Assembly: GCA_004022145.1 (NCBI GenBank)
Contig: RCNU01000020.1
DNA from: Paecilomyces variotii
Taxonomy: Eukaryota
Strand: one strand, 5' to 3'
Length of the DNA stretch: 56,765 bases
The position numbers were made by a program, and so were the translations under genes. Under the pieces are notes generated by a model that was not told where the DNA came from, did no database searches, and saw nothing but the letters and a program-made list of their open reading frames with translations. The stretch's first letter is position 1; each line of letters begins with the position of its first letter. Positions 1 through 12,201 of this stretch are shown here, piece by piece.

Positions 1-1361
1 CAGGAGGTAGAGATGTAGACTCTGGAGAGAAATCTGAATCTTTCAGATTACTCGGAATACTTGTGTTGCAGTATTCCATCGGTATCATACTTGGCACACC
101 CATCTGGAAGGACATCAATCCATCCATCTGCAGGATAGTATGCCATACACGCCGTCTCATCTCTCCATCAAATGGCGAGAGTCTTTCACCAAAAACCTTC
201 GCGTCTCGATGATAACCGAGACGCATGGCAGTGCGAATAATAATACCCATAAGATGCCAGAGATCTAAACTCGAGTCCACAGACCCGATGAATTTTGATT
301 CGAGATGAAGAATCAGTGTCTCGAGAACATATTCAGAAGCGTGAATATACTTCCCCAGAAGAAGACATTGGATTGTTTTCGTCTGTAAAGCTCCGATTGT
401 TATGGGTGATTCGAACGATCCCCCGGTTCGTATCTGGCGGAAGCCAGAGGAGACGCTCAGGACTGCATAGAGAAGGCCGATCCAGAGTACAGGGGCTGCA
501 TGTGGGTTCATCCAGAATTTTTCGTACTGCGCAACATGTTATAAATTTGAAATAATAGATGGGATTGATATCGCATTCACCTCTGTCTGAAATTTAGTTG
601 TATGTATAATCGCTAAAAATGTCAGTTAACTATGACTCTCACGAAGCCTCGGAGACTAAGTAGCATACGAAATACCATATATTTAGAACCGAAGTAATAC
701 GATACAAGCGTATCGCATACTGGTCTCGGAGGCAATGAGCCAACAATCTCAGCAATCGTCGGCAGATGCGCGGCTCCAAGCACCAAGTCGACATCTTCAC
801 GGTCGAGCGTCTCCTCCGGGATACTAGACGGAGTAACAGCCAATTGCTCTCTGATCTCTTTAATCTCATCAACTATCGAAAGCCACGGACTAGATTGCAA
901 AGTAACTTTATGCTCTTCTCTAGGCGGCCGGAGCGCATTCCGCACTCGTGGCGAAGTCGTCGCACAACCTGGGACTTTCACTGATGAAGGAGATGCATAG
1001 CTCGCTTTTAGATTCTCTCCTATCTCATTTCGTGAGATTATCGTCATTTCCTGCGATAATCTATTCTGTCGCGCGAGTTCAGAAACCATGTCTTCGACTT
1101 TGCGCAATCTATCCTGCAGCTCGCGCGCTTTAGGCTTGTTGCGAATAGCATTGCTGGCATATGCGCATGATTCGCCTTTACCTCTCTTGACGCATTCATC
1201 GCAGGGGGTGCCGCGACTACATCGTAATCTGTGAGTTGTAAGCACATCGCATAGAATAGAATATTGATATTAAAATAGATGAAATCATACTTCCGCGTCC
1301 GACACTGTTCGCATGATGTTGGTCGTCTGTTTCTTTTGCCGTCTCTGAAAATTGGTTCCAT
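1..1361 (-). CDS. Zn(II)2Cys6 fungal transcription factor (3' end runs off the window)
   Basis: Spliced N-terminus CEQCRTRK|LRCSRGTPCDECVKRGKGESC is a six-Cys binuclear cluster. GT-AG introns at about 1229-1290, 613-668 and 528-580. Downstream LPPRPVCDTLVSYYF...PIIH...YEKFW resembles the fungal-specific TF domain. Confidence 0.9.
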
Positions 1362-1474
1362 TTCGATTATTCACTTTCCTCGCCCAGTTAGTTGAGTTTT
1401 ATTTAGTCCATCGTGAGAGTTAAATGATCAAATTGTTCTATCGAGAAGCATGGAGTTGTCTATAACGATATGAG

Positions 1475-1510
1475 CGGGGATATTATCTCCGCGCGGAGTT
1501 AATATCTCCG
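1475..1510. promoter_or_regulatory. Two tandem CGG-N11-CCG inverted sites (Zn2Cys6-type) in a divergent promoter
   Basis: CGGggatattatctCCG at 1475-1491 and CGGagttaatatctCCG at 1494-1510, plus an extra CGGAGAT half-site at 1565. Confidence 0.55.
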
Positions 1511-1778
1511 ACCCATCATAAGTAACTAACGAACAATATACTTAATTCCCACACTTCGAAGTCACGGAGATGGTTCAAGTCCGCGATATGGACTCCAGCG
1601 GAATTAGATATTGTAGTTGAAACATTCTGAACGCGGATGCCTAGTCAGTAGGAACGACTTAAGGGTCAATATAAATATTCTCATGTCTGGCGCTTTTTAG
1701 ATCAGTATACTTATACATGCATACGTACTCTTGGTATATCCAATTCACCAAAAGAAACACATCTAGAATTCAAGCAAA

Positions 1779-2857
1779 ATGTCCCTCGCCTCAACAGCCC
1801 ACGGAACCATCTCCACCTTTTTTTCCAACTTGTTCATCTCCCTCCCCTACCCCAACACCTCCTTCGAGAACCAAACCATCATCGTGACGGGCTCCAACAC
1901 CGGTCTCGGCTTCGAAGCCAGTCGTCACCTCGTCCGTCTCGGCGTCCACAAATTAATCATGGCAGTACGCAATCTCGAAAAGGGCGAAAAAGCAAAACGC
2001 GAAATCCTCACTTCCACAAATCGCCCAGATGACTCTATCGAAGTCTGGAACCTAGACATGGATAGCTACGAGTCCGTCAAGAAGTTCGCTGTGCGGATTT
2101 CTACTTCCCTAGACCGGTTGGATGGAGTCCTCGCCAACGCAGGTATCATGACTACTGAATTCCGCATGAGTGAAGATAACGAGAGGACCATTACCGTGAA
2201 CGTGGTCGCGACGTTCTTGCTCATTTTGCTCCTTCTACCGAAACTGCACGAGTCAGCTGAGAAATACAAGATCAATCCTCGGATCGTGATTGTCAATTCG
2301 GCATTACATTACGTGGCGTCTACTAAGGAACTTGATCCGAATGATAATAATAATAACGAGATATTTTCGCGGTTGAATAATCCCAAAACGGCAGATATGA
2401 GCAGTCGGTACGCGGTGTCGAAACTACTTGTGCTTTACGCAGTTCGTGAATTGGCCGAGAGGCTCAAGGCCAGGAAGCCATTGGTGGTCATCAATACGCC
2501 GAATCCGAGCTTCTGCAAGTCTGGCCTTATGGGTAATGATGTATCATTTGGGGAAAGAACAGCGGAGAAATTACTCGCGCGGTCTACGGAAATGGGTAGT
2601 CGAGCGCTGGTTCATGCGTTGAGCTCGGGGGTGGAGAGTCATGGAGAGTATTTGACGAATTGTCATGTTCAGCAGTGAGTACTCAACGACTGAATGTCAT
2701 TTTTTTTTCACTCTTTACACTGCGAGAATTGCTAATGAATATTAGGCCATCATGCCTGGTGACAGACGCGAAGGGAGTGCAGATACAGAAGAAGTTCTGG
2801 AAAGAACTGGTTCAGAAGCTAGAGAAAGTTGCGCCGGGAATTGAGTCGAATATTTGA
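1779..2857 (+). CDS. Short-chain dehydrogenase/reductase (retinol-dehydrogenase-like classical SDR)
   Basis: TGSNTGLG cofactor motif, ANAG, and catalytic YAVSK. An intron at about 2675-2745 joins the last exon, which ends PGIESNI*. Confidence 0.92.
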
Positions 2858-3679
2858 TTTCGATTAGACTGCATTGTAGTCTTTTTTGTATATATTGCGG
2901 TTGCGTTGCTGGATATTCGGCCTTTTACTTGTACTGTATGTACAATAATTTCGTATTGGTATCTGTACTCAAGATCTTTCTGTTAGTTTGTACATATATT
3001 TATGATCCCTGACGCTTGCCATGAGTAGAAAGATCATAAGACGGCCTCTTTTAAATTGTGAAGAGACTGGATCACCTGCTCAGTCACTCTGAGGCGATGG
3101 ACCTTTACGTGACAGTGGGGACAAGTGCCGAGCAAGGTCCCTCCTTTACCATCACTGCTAAATATGCAGGGTGCATCAGTTATATAGGCTCATTACAGAT
3201 ATAGTAACAGGATGCGGCATTTATCACTGTATCTCCGGTTAATATCGGCAGATTCAGGCTATATATAGGACCGTTTGAGTACCTGCAACACTAAACGCGA
3301 AGTTCGTTATAAATAATCAGAAGAAACACTGATCAAGATAATGCGTTTATTATATTAGTTCCAATATCAAGATGCAATCTCTTCCACTCCGTCCTCTAAT
3401 CCACCATCTGTGCAATACCAAGCGATGCTTTTTTTCTTTTTGTCAGATGAGCATGTGCGAACAAAACAAGAGAAATAATACATTAGTCGTCAATGACAGT
3501 AAGTCTCAAATTGATATATTAAAATTAAAAAAAAGCGGTGATACAAAACTTTCATACAGAGAAGGTAAACGTCAATTCATGGCCATCTCAAATGTAGATG
3601 AGAGAGAACTTGGCTACCTACATCTGAACTAGCCACTTTGTAAATGACAGAAGACGCCTGATTAGTAGTAGTGATTTTC

Positions 3680-5632
3680 CTAATTCTCTTCTTCCACCGG
3701 AGCAACGTCATGAAGTTCGTGCTCGGGTTCAGATTCAGTCTGTTCGTGCTCCTTGGCTCCGTGCATGGTCCTGATCGGTGGCGTCCACTTTTTGCTACTC
3801 CACGGATGCACATGCTCGATATACATGGTGTCGACCTCTTCTAGAGTCCGACCTTGAGTCTCGCAGAGGAAGAAATAGACCACTATCACAGCCATGAAGT
3901 TGCATGCTGCGAATATATATCCGTATCGGAAGTCGATGGAGCCGGTGATAAATGGGGTAAAAAACGAGATTAGGAAGTTCCAAATCCAGTTCGTGAGGGT
4001 CGAGATACTGTTGGCAGTAGAACGGTAGCGCGATGGATACAGCTCCGTGCAGACGGCCCAGACGATAGGACCCCAGGTAACTGCATATCCAGTGATGAAG
4101 AAGCATGCGAAAACGATCATCGCGGTTCCGGCACCTGGGGTTTGTGGCGGATCTACCCGATTCAAAGAAAAGTGACCGACACTGGCGAAGACCATGAAGC
4201 AGATGAACATCCAACCCGCACCAACCATAAGTGACAACCGACGTCCGTAATGCTCGACGACATACAAGCCGTAGAATGTTGTCCCGAAGTTAACACCTCC
4301 TAGAATCATTTGCGTGACATAACTGTTGTTGATACCCGTCGCCTGAAAGGATAGGTATCAGTATCCGTGCTCGAAATGTTGTCAAAAAGTAAACATAATC
4401 AGCTTACCCGAAAGATTGTGTTTCCGTAATAGAATATGAAGTTTGCACCCGTAAGCTGCTGCAAGGATTGGAGTACCATCCCTAAGATAATCCGGTACAG
4501 CATCCGCGGCGCGGTAAACGCATCGTACCAGCGGGTAGTAGCTGCTTCGGCCTCTTCCTCCTGCAATTTGTACTTCATTTCCGTTATCTCCTCGGCGATA
4601 ACACGGTGATTTTCTGAAATTCCATACAGCTGCGCCATGGTGTGCTTCGCTAGGTCTGGGTGGCCTTTCCGGAAAACATGGCGGGGACTCTCTGGGAGGA
4701 ACAGAACTCCAAAAGCAAGCACGCCCGACCAGACGAAGCCGATACCCATTGTTATCCGCCAGGACGAAGTGTTGTGGATCGACTCGGTGCCATAGTTGAT
4801 ACAGTAGGCGATGAACATACCAAGCGTGACGAACAATTGGAAGCAACTGGACAGTAACATGGGTTAGCATATCATTGACTAAATAAATACGATCAGTCTC
4901 CTACACACCTAACCATAGCACCCCGGATATGCTTGGGGGTGCATTCACTTTGGTATATAGGAACCAAGACCGAAAGAGCACCAACGCCGAGACCGGCCAC
5001 CAGACGGCCCACAGCGACTTGATACCACTTGTGATCCGTCGTCATTTGGACAATGATACCGACCATGTTGATCAAGGACCAGAAGACCATGGAATATTTC
5101 CTCCCAATCTTTTCCGACAGGGGAGCCGCAAATACGGCTCCAATAACGCAACCAATACAGATCTGTTGTTGTTATCAGCGTTTTGCTTGAAATATACACT
5201 ATGGCTTATAGCTTTTCTGTAAGGAAAGGAAAAAGATAGAGCGTACCAAAGCGACAATAACACCGGTACGGGCATTATTGAAGGTATATGTATCTGTGTT
5301 TGGATTATAATGTGCGAAACGGACCTTGAAGTCCTCCATAGTCATGAAACCAGAGATCTGGGCTGTATACGTAAGATTGTAAGCAGGAATACTAGCATGG
5401 GATATTATAAAGGAAACCTACCAGTGTGGTATCCAAAGATGAACCCTCCCATGGACACAACAATGACCAAGAGGACGGTTCGCCAGGTGAGAAAGGGAAC
5501 TTTGGAGTGATCTAGCATGCCCGCTTCTTTCTCCAGGGCCGCCTCCACTCTAGGGGACATGTCCCCGTAGGCGTCTCTGAACTTGGGTTTCACCCTCCCC
5601 CATAGGTCACGGACTCTGAAATTGAAATGCAT
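3680..5632 (-). CDS. MFS sugar porter (hexose-transporter-like), multi-exon
   Basis: Motifs GRLVAGLGVG, YQSECTPKHIRG, PESPR, LQQLTGANFIFYYG, WGPIVW and ETQGRTLEEVD. Several GT-AG introns. Confidence 0.93.
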
Positions 5633-8096
5633 TGATATGTGTGAACGTTGATGATGTCAATTGGATGTTTGGATTGATAGAACGTAAACACAGAAGAGAC
5701 GAGGGACTGGCAATTTAAGGGTGAACTGAAAAGGTCCAGATCTAGGGCCATGAAAGCATGCCATTTGGTCTGGGGGTCCCGAATAGAGAGACATCTCGAG
5801 CCATGGTGCGGATGTGAGCGACGCAACAGCTGCTGGAGGACTCTGTAGGTCATGGGATACTCAGATGACCCGAAAGCCGTCATACCAGAGAGAAGTTTCT
5901 CTCGATCATGAGGTTCAAAGGCCGTTACCAAGGCTGGCGCTGTCGCTCCATCCTCGGGGTGGAACCACGATACCGGTGCAGGCGCCATCTAACGGGATAT
6001 AGACTCTCGTACGGCTTCCTATCGCCAGGACCCCGGAATAAACGCGGAGTCAAGATCTCCACAGCGGAGATTTCGTGGGCATGTGCCCTTATGCTGGAAT
6101 TGTGCTTAGGTACTTGTCTTCTTGTTAACAGTATAATACAATACTGGTAGTTTCTTTTCAGACGGCTTTGACGACGGCGAAGAAAAGCCGCGTCTCCTGA
6201 TCGGTGAACAGTGACTGGACCACGAAACGCAACTAGGGCTATGGACTGGCACGTTGCTGTGGACTATATTTCATTTGAGACTTTGGTACCGCGACTGACA
6301 AATGCAATATACGTCCCATGCATGGAAGCATCTCCACCATGCATATTCTCCAGTTTGCCGGAAGCTGTCTTCAAGATCGAGAGTAGACATAACTGGGGCC
6401 CCAGGAAAAGTAGCATTAGATGACCTTAACAATCTGATTGACGCTACTGTCTCCATTGACGAATTACAGCAGAGTATACGTAGTAACGCCCCGGGCTGTA
6501 ATCGGGTGGTCATCTTTGACACGGAAAGACGCCGAAAGGCTGCAAAGAGCAAGCTCCCTCTAGATAATTACAACAGTACGAATCGTGCGTATCATGGCTG
6601 CTTGCTTGTAGCCGGACAGTCCTAGAACCAGAGGATCTCATGGACTTTCCCTTCCTCTTTTTTCTTCTTTTTTTCTTTTCTTTTTTGGCAACAAACGTGG
6701 ACAAGCACTATCTCTCCTGTACTGTCCCAGCTATCTTCCCATGCGAGACTGGACGGAGAGCATGATAGATGGCGCAACTCAAGGCGTATCCCGAATAATA
6801 AGTAAGCGGGTTTTCGGTGATCTCCTACACCGCAAGATAATAATGACACAGAACTGGTTCTGCAGGGGTCAGGAAATCCTTGCGTTCTCGTTCGCAGAAC
6901 CCGGTTCGCTGCCCATTTCGTTTCGGGAGCCAGGCCCTGACGCAAAGAAGGGTCATCATCCAGAGGAACTGCAGCTGTAACCCTGGAGCAACGCAACATC
7001 ATGAGATATCGATAGAAACCAGCGATTTAGCCGTCTGCTCTGAGAGAGGTGAAGTCTAGTCTACGGCAGGACCGCTGGATAAAAACGGACGGATAAAGGC
7101 GCCTGCCGACGTGGTTCGGCCAGGGATTAGACCGAATGATAACCACTCGGATCGGCTTTCGGGAGGCAAGTTAGGTTGTTCAGGTAGCGATCAAGAGGTC
7201 CGGTTATGATGTCCGTAGAGAGGAAAAAGAGGGCAAGAGTGGCATGATCGTGACAAAGGTACCATCACCTATGCTCAACTACTCCTAGTTCACCAGTACC
7301 ATAGTTCCTTTTAATTAGTTACAGTTGCATCCTGTCGGTGTTCCCCATTGTAACTTAACTATTCCTCGAATATTGGTACCTACCTACAGAAAAAAAAAAG
7401 CCCCCATCAACATCTATACAAACCCGCCTAAACCACCGCCCTCCATGACCATCAGCCACCTTAACGTCACATACTTTGCCAAGAGACGCCAGACTCCGGC
7501 AAAAGAAGAAATAAGAAAAAAAAAAAAAAAAAAAGGCGAAGGAAAAAGAAAAGGGAAAACGGCAAAAAGGCATATGCTTCGGCTTCTCGGCCTCCCGAGT
7601 CGGGATCGTATAACGTGGTTCTAGACTGCGCCTCCGACGTTGTCATGTCAGGTACTAACTGTTCTTCTCTTGTCATGATGGGGGCAGTCTGTTGTTTACA
7701 CCATCATGGCCGCGTTAAGGACCATCTATCGAAGGAAACTCTAAGCGGGTGTTTCCTTCATGACTTCTTTGTCTAGAACAGAGAAGCTGAAACGAGGAGT
7801 ACTTGGGCTTTTTACATACTGAAACCGTAAGGCATAGACTGGGAATCATAACACACGTTACGCCCGGGTCGGATCATTATAAATATGTCTGAGGTTTCAT
7901 AAAGCAATTAGACAAGCCTCGAGTAGAGGCTCGTTTTTTTTATCTTAATAATAATCCTTAGGCCATCTTCCAGTATCTATTAACTGAAGACAATGAAGCG
8001 GATGGCCATCTCTCCCATGGTATAGTAACGACCCCCAGGGAACCATGAAAGAACCACGTAGGAATCTTGTAGGTAATCGTCTCTACAGAAGGAAAT

Positions 8097-9205
8097 CTAG
8101 ATCGCCTTCTTGCCCTTCTCGCGCTCAGCCTTGCGCAGAGCACGCTTGCGGATCGACTCGTGCATGCCCTTGTTGAATCCAAGGACGGTCTTGGTCATAG
8201 TACCCGTGATACAAGTCAGGAAGTAGGCCATCAGACCGTGGCTCCAGTAAGGAGAAGAGCTGTAAGCGTAATCCGGGGAACCGCCGTTGTTTCCGATCTT
8301 GCCCAGCGTCGCCTTAACGAAACTGCGGGGGTCGGGGATAGTGGCGCTTGCTCTTCGGATCTTGGACATAGCCGAAGTGATCAGGTAGGCCTGGACCAGC
8401 TCAACCGTAATACCATGGGGCTCAAGCTCCGCACCCAGCGCAGAGGACCAGTGCTGCAGGAAAGCCTTGCTGCCGGAGTAGGTGGCCAGAAGAGGCGTAG
8501 GGAGAAGACCACCAAAAGAACCCATGGTGAGGATCAGACCACGCTTCCTCTGGATCATGCCCGGGGCAACCAGTTGCGTGACACGCAGTGTTCCCAAGCA
8601 GTTGATCGTGACAATATCCGTAAGCTCATCCTCAGGTGTAAGGGCAAAAGGCGTGGGGATGTTGTGGCTCTTGCCAACGTTATTGATCAGGACAGCGATA
8701 TCGAGCTCATCGACCAAAGCCTTGAGCTTCTCATAATCGGCATCATCGTTGCGCGCGAAGTCCATAGACAGGAGCTTCGTCTGTACACCGGGATTCTTGG
8801 TGGAGATGTCATTGGCGAGAGAGGTCAACTTGGACGCAGTGCGGGAAACGAGGACAATATTGTAGCCAGCACGAGCGAGCTGCAGGGAAAATTCCTTGCC
8901 AATTCCATCGGAGGCACCAGTGACGAGGGCCCAACTACCTTTAGGACCGAACTTGCGGAGCTGCACGACCCGATTATCAGCACATCTGACCTCACAAAAT
9001 AACACATAAACACGCCAGGAATACTAACCGACTTCCCAGGAAGGACAAACAAGCTGAGAAGAACGCGAATAAACGTGTAGATCCTTGACGCAGCGAAGAA
9101 TCCACCCGTGGCCAGCAGAAAGTATGCGCCTAGAGTCTGCCATCCCGGAGCTACCTCGAGATGCAGCTTGGATAAACATTCCGTATGCTTGGACAAGAAC
9201 TCCAT
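8097..9205 (-). CDS. IFA38: Very-long-chain 3-oxoacyl-CoA reductase (fatty-acid elongase ketoreductase)
   Basis: MEFLSKH start at 9205, one intron at about 8963-9028. [31 protein letters not shown], and a C-terminal KKAI ER-retrieval-like end. Confidence 0.9.
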
Positions 9206-9509
9206 TGTGCCGCTGTTGTCTCCTTCTGATGGAGGGGAATCCGAAGCGAAGAACAAAGGAGACAGAAAGCGGAAGAGTGGGAAATTTCAAGGCAGATTTC
9301 CCTATCGGAGCTATCGAGCTGCAAAACGCAAGGAGCAACTTGGGTGGGAGCGCCGGAGCTTTCTCGACTTCCGTTGGGGCCGCCAAGAAATGCAACAACA
9401 TGTCTTTTCTAGACAGGCAATCTAGTCTATCTAACCAGCTTCTAGTACCATAGTCCATTGCTTTTCCTCCTGGTTCATAGGCATTAGTTCCTGAGAATAC
9501 CACGCAGCA

Positions 9510-10009
9510 ATGGAGTCTCTGCTCGCATACCTCCCTCCTCACGCTGGGTTTCTGCCCAAATGGCTTTTCCTGGTATATCACCGTCATCCAATGCTATACT
9601 TTTCAATGCAAACCAACTAACTAGGTCCTTTCCCCTATTACAGGTCTCTATCATATCTACCGCTAACAGCGTCTCCTCCTACGTCGACCCTGACTATGCG
9701 CGTCAACTCTACGCCGGCTCACCCTCTACGGGCAACGTTTCGCCCGTGAATCCTCTCTCCGGGCGCACGTTTGGCACTTGGACCCTCCTCTCCTCCGTCG
9801 TGCGGATGTATGCTGCTTACTACGTGAACTCCCCAATCGCGTATGACTTGGCGCTATGGACATACGGCATCGCGCTCTTCCACTTCATCAGTGAATGGTT
9901 GGTCTATGGGAGTGCGCAGCCCAAGGGACGCTTCGTCGGCCCGTTGATCGTGGCTTCGTCGACAGTGGCCTGGATGTTTACGCAGAGGTCGTGGTATCTG
10001 GCTCTGTAA
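9510..10009 (+). CDS. ERG28: Ergosterol biosynthesis scaffold protein Erg28
   Basis: Spliced MESLLAYLPPHAGFLPKWLFL|VSIISTANS... with the characteristic LSGRTFGTWT and HFISEWLVY segments. Intron at about 9573-9643. Confidence 0.9.
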
Positions 10010-10209
10010 ACCTGCGGAATTGATTATATTGAAACGGAGCCGATACGAGGCGGTCAATCGAAGGATATATGTACAGCAATAGTATTGTGGATATAATTAA
10101 GGCGAGATAACGATACCCATGTACAGTATCTAGCGTATATTTTATGCCATGCACCGAGCGCTCCTTCAGAGGTATAAAAACAAAGCCTTCCCAACAGAGC
10201 AGTTGATCC

Positions 10210-11557
10210 CTAGAGTTTCTTTCTGTACAACTCTCCTCCGCAATTGCGCAGTCTCGCTACCGCTTGTTCGGGGGTGATGTCGCGTTGGGGCTCGGCCATC
10301 ATTTCATATCTAACAGCTGGTCAGCAGAGTTACCACGAGCATTGCTGAATGAGGAATACGCACCCAACCAGAAACTTCCGGACGGTCGCACTGCGGAGCA
10401 GTGGAGGGTAAAAGTGAAGGTGTAGATACGAAGACTCGATCTCCTCTTCCGTGCCCTCCAGTGGCGCTTGGTGAATACCCATGCTGTAAGGGAAATGCGT
10501 CTCAAAGAGGTTGTCATAACGCCGCGTAATCTCAGCGATAGCTTCAGCCAGGTGTCCCTTCTCGTTAGTGTCCAAGTCCACGAGCGCGCGCTTGTGCTTC
10601 TTGCTGATAATCATCGTCTCGAACGGCCAGGTTGCCCACCATGGGCACAACACCAGGAAGGAGTCGTTCTCAAACACTACACGCTCTTTCTTTTCGCTCT
10701 CCAAAGCGGCGTAATCCTGTAGTAGATGCTTCCCACCTCTCTCACGACGGTATTTCTTCAGCTGCTCAAGCTCTAGTGCTGGCTCCTCGGGCAGACTGCT
10801 GGTGGTCCAGACTTGTCCGTGAGGGTGCGGGTTCGAGCAACCCATAGCAGCACCCTTATTCTCAAAGATCTGCATATATCGGTACTGTTGCTTTGGCCTG
10901 CTAATGAGTGTTGTCGGAGCATCCGGAGAGGCCACGGAGGCGAGAGGGGACTTGGGGGACAAATGCGCTCTGTAGATTTCGGTCCACGCATTGATGACGG
11001 GTAGAATTTCGACCGGAGAGAGATCAGCCAACGTCAGGTTGTGGGCAGCTGAGAAAGTCAGGACGTAGCATTTGCCCGTTACGGGCTCTGCCTTCAAGAA
11101 TAGCGATTCCGGGCCTTTTTCCTATATTAGTTTCTCACCAAAGAAGAGTTTCCTCGCAAGGAATTTGTATGGAGGAAGATACGAAGCACATACTGCCATC
11201 CTCACTGTTCGGTTCGTACGGTGCCTGCTCCTCCTTCACCGCACTGTAGTCGTTCACGAAGACAAATGTGCTTTCATATTTGGGGTTGGTATCGCCCTGC
11301 GCACGCTTGTTTCCCGGGCAGAGATAACACGAGGGGTCGTAGCTGGGGAGGGTTGTCTTGGAGGGGCTCTCCTGCTGTCCTCTGCGCAGTGATCTTGTCT
11401 CAGTATTTTATGCTCTCATTTGGATGGACGTATTTTCCGGCTCACAAGGTACTTACTGCCAAGGTCGCTTCGTGCGATGCGGGGACACGAGGATATAGGA
11501 ACCCCGCAGAGGATTGTATCTGCGGTGAGAGATATCGTCCAGAACGTTTTCTACCAT
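10210..11557 (-). CDS. GAL7: Galactose-1-phosphate uridylyltransferase
   Basis: [42 protein letters not shown] (active-site HPH), and [31 protein letters not shown]. Confidence 0.97.
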
Positions 11558-12201
11558 ACTGCGGGTGGGCGGTGGGATGGAGGGGTTCCGGTCGGGAAGA
11601 TAAGTATATTGTTATCAGGTGGGAGAGAGATGGCCAAGAATGAATGTGTCTTTGCTGAAAGTCCGACGAGGGAAAAAGATGATATTCTTCTCCCTGCAAC
11701 TGAAAAAGAAAGACAACGATAACTCCACAGTCGATCAGGTCCGCAACGAAGTCTCTCGACTGTCACCTCGAACGGCCGATGCTACTGTACTTCGTAATAC
11801 CCCGTGGGCCGACACGGGGTTAGTTCGGTCGGTCTGACTGCGGGGAGTTGATGGCTCCGGATACGAAGTACAGAATTTGTTTCGGTGATCCAAATGGGCT
11901 AGACAGATCGTTTTTTGTGGTTACCAGGTGTACTTCGACTTCATACGAAGCATGATCATGAATGATCCATCATTATCATGCTACTGTACAATCCCACCGG
12001 AGTTCTGCTGTATCTAGTTGGAGTGGGACCTGCACTCGTCTAAGTATCTGCCCACTGAGACTCCTAGGCCTTTAAATAACCAGATGACATGAGAAGTCGG
12101 GCTCAGGTGCTTAGTGTACCATCATTGCTAATGCCTCATTTATGACTAAGTACTCTGTTCAGACACAGATACGTATCGCCCATGAAATATCTCATACATT
12201 G

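Noticed and set aside
6645..7570. Opposing pyrimidine-rich (6645-6687) and purine-rich (7500-7570) tracts and their Lys/Phe-rich ORFs
   Set aside because: Low-complexity poly(dA:dT) promoter tracts. The complementarity is compositional, not a true inverted repeat.
8160..9002. 280-aa + strand ORF
   Set aside because: Antisense shadow of the codon-biased IFA38 CDS. No motifs.
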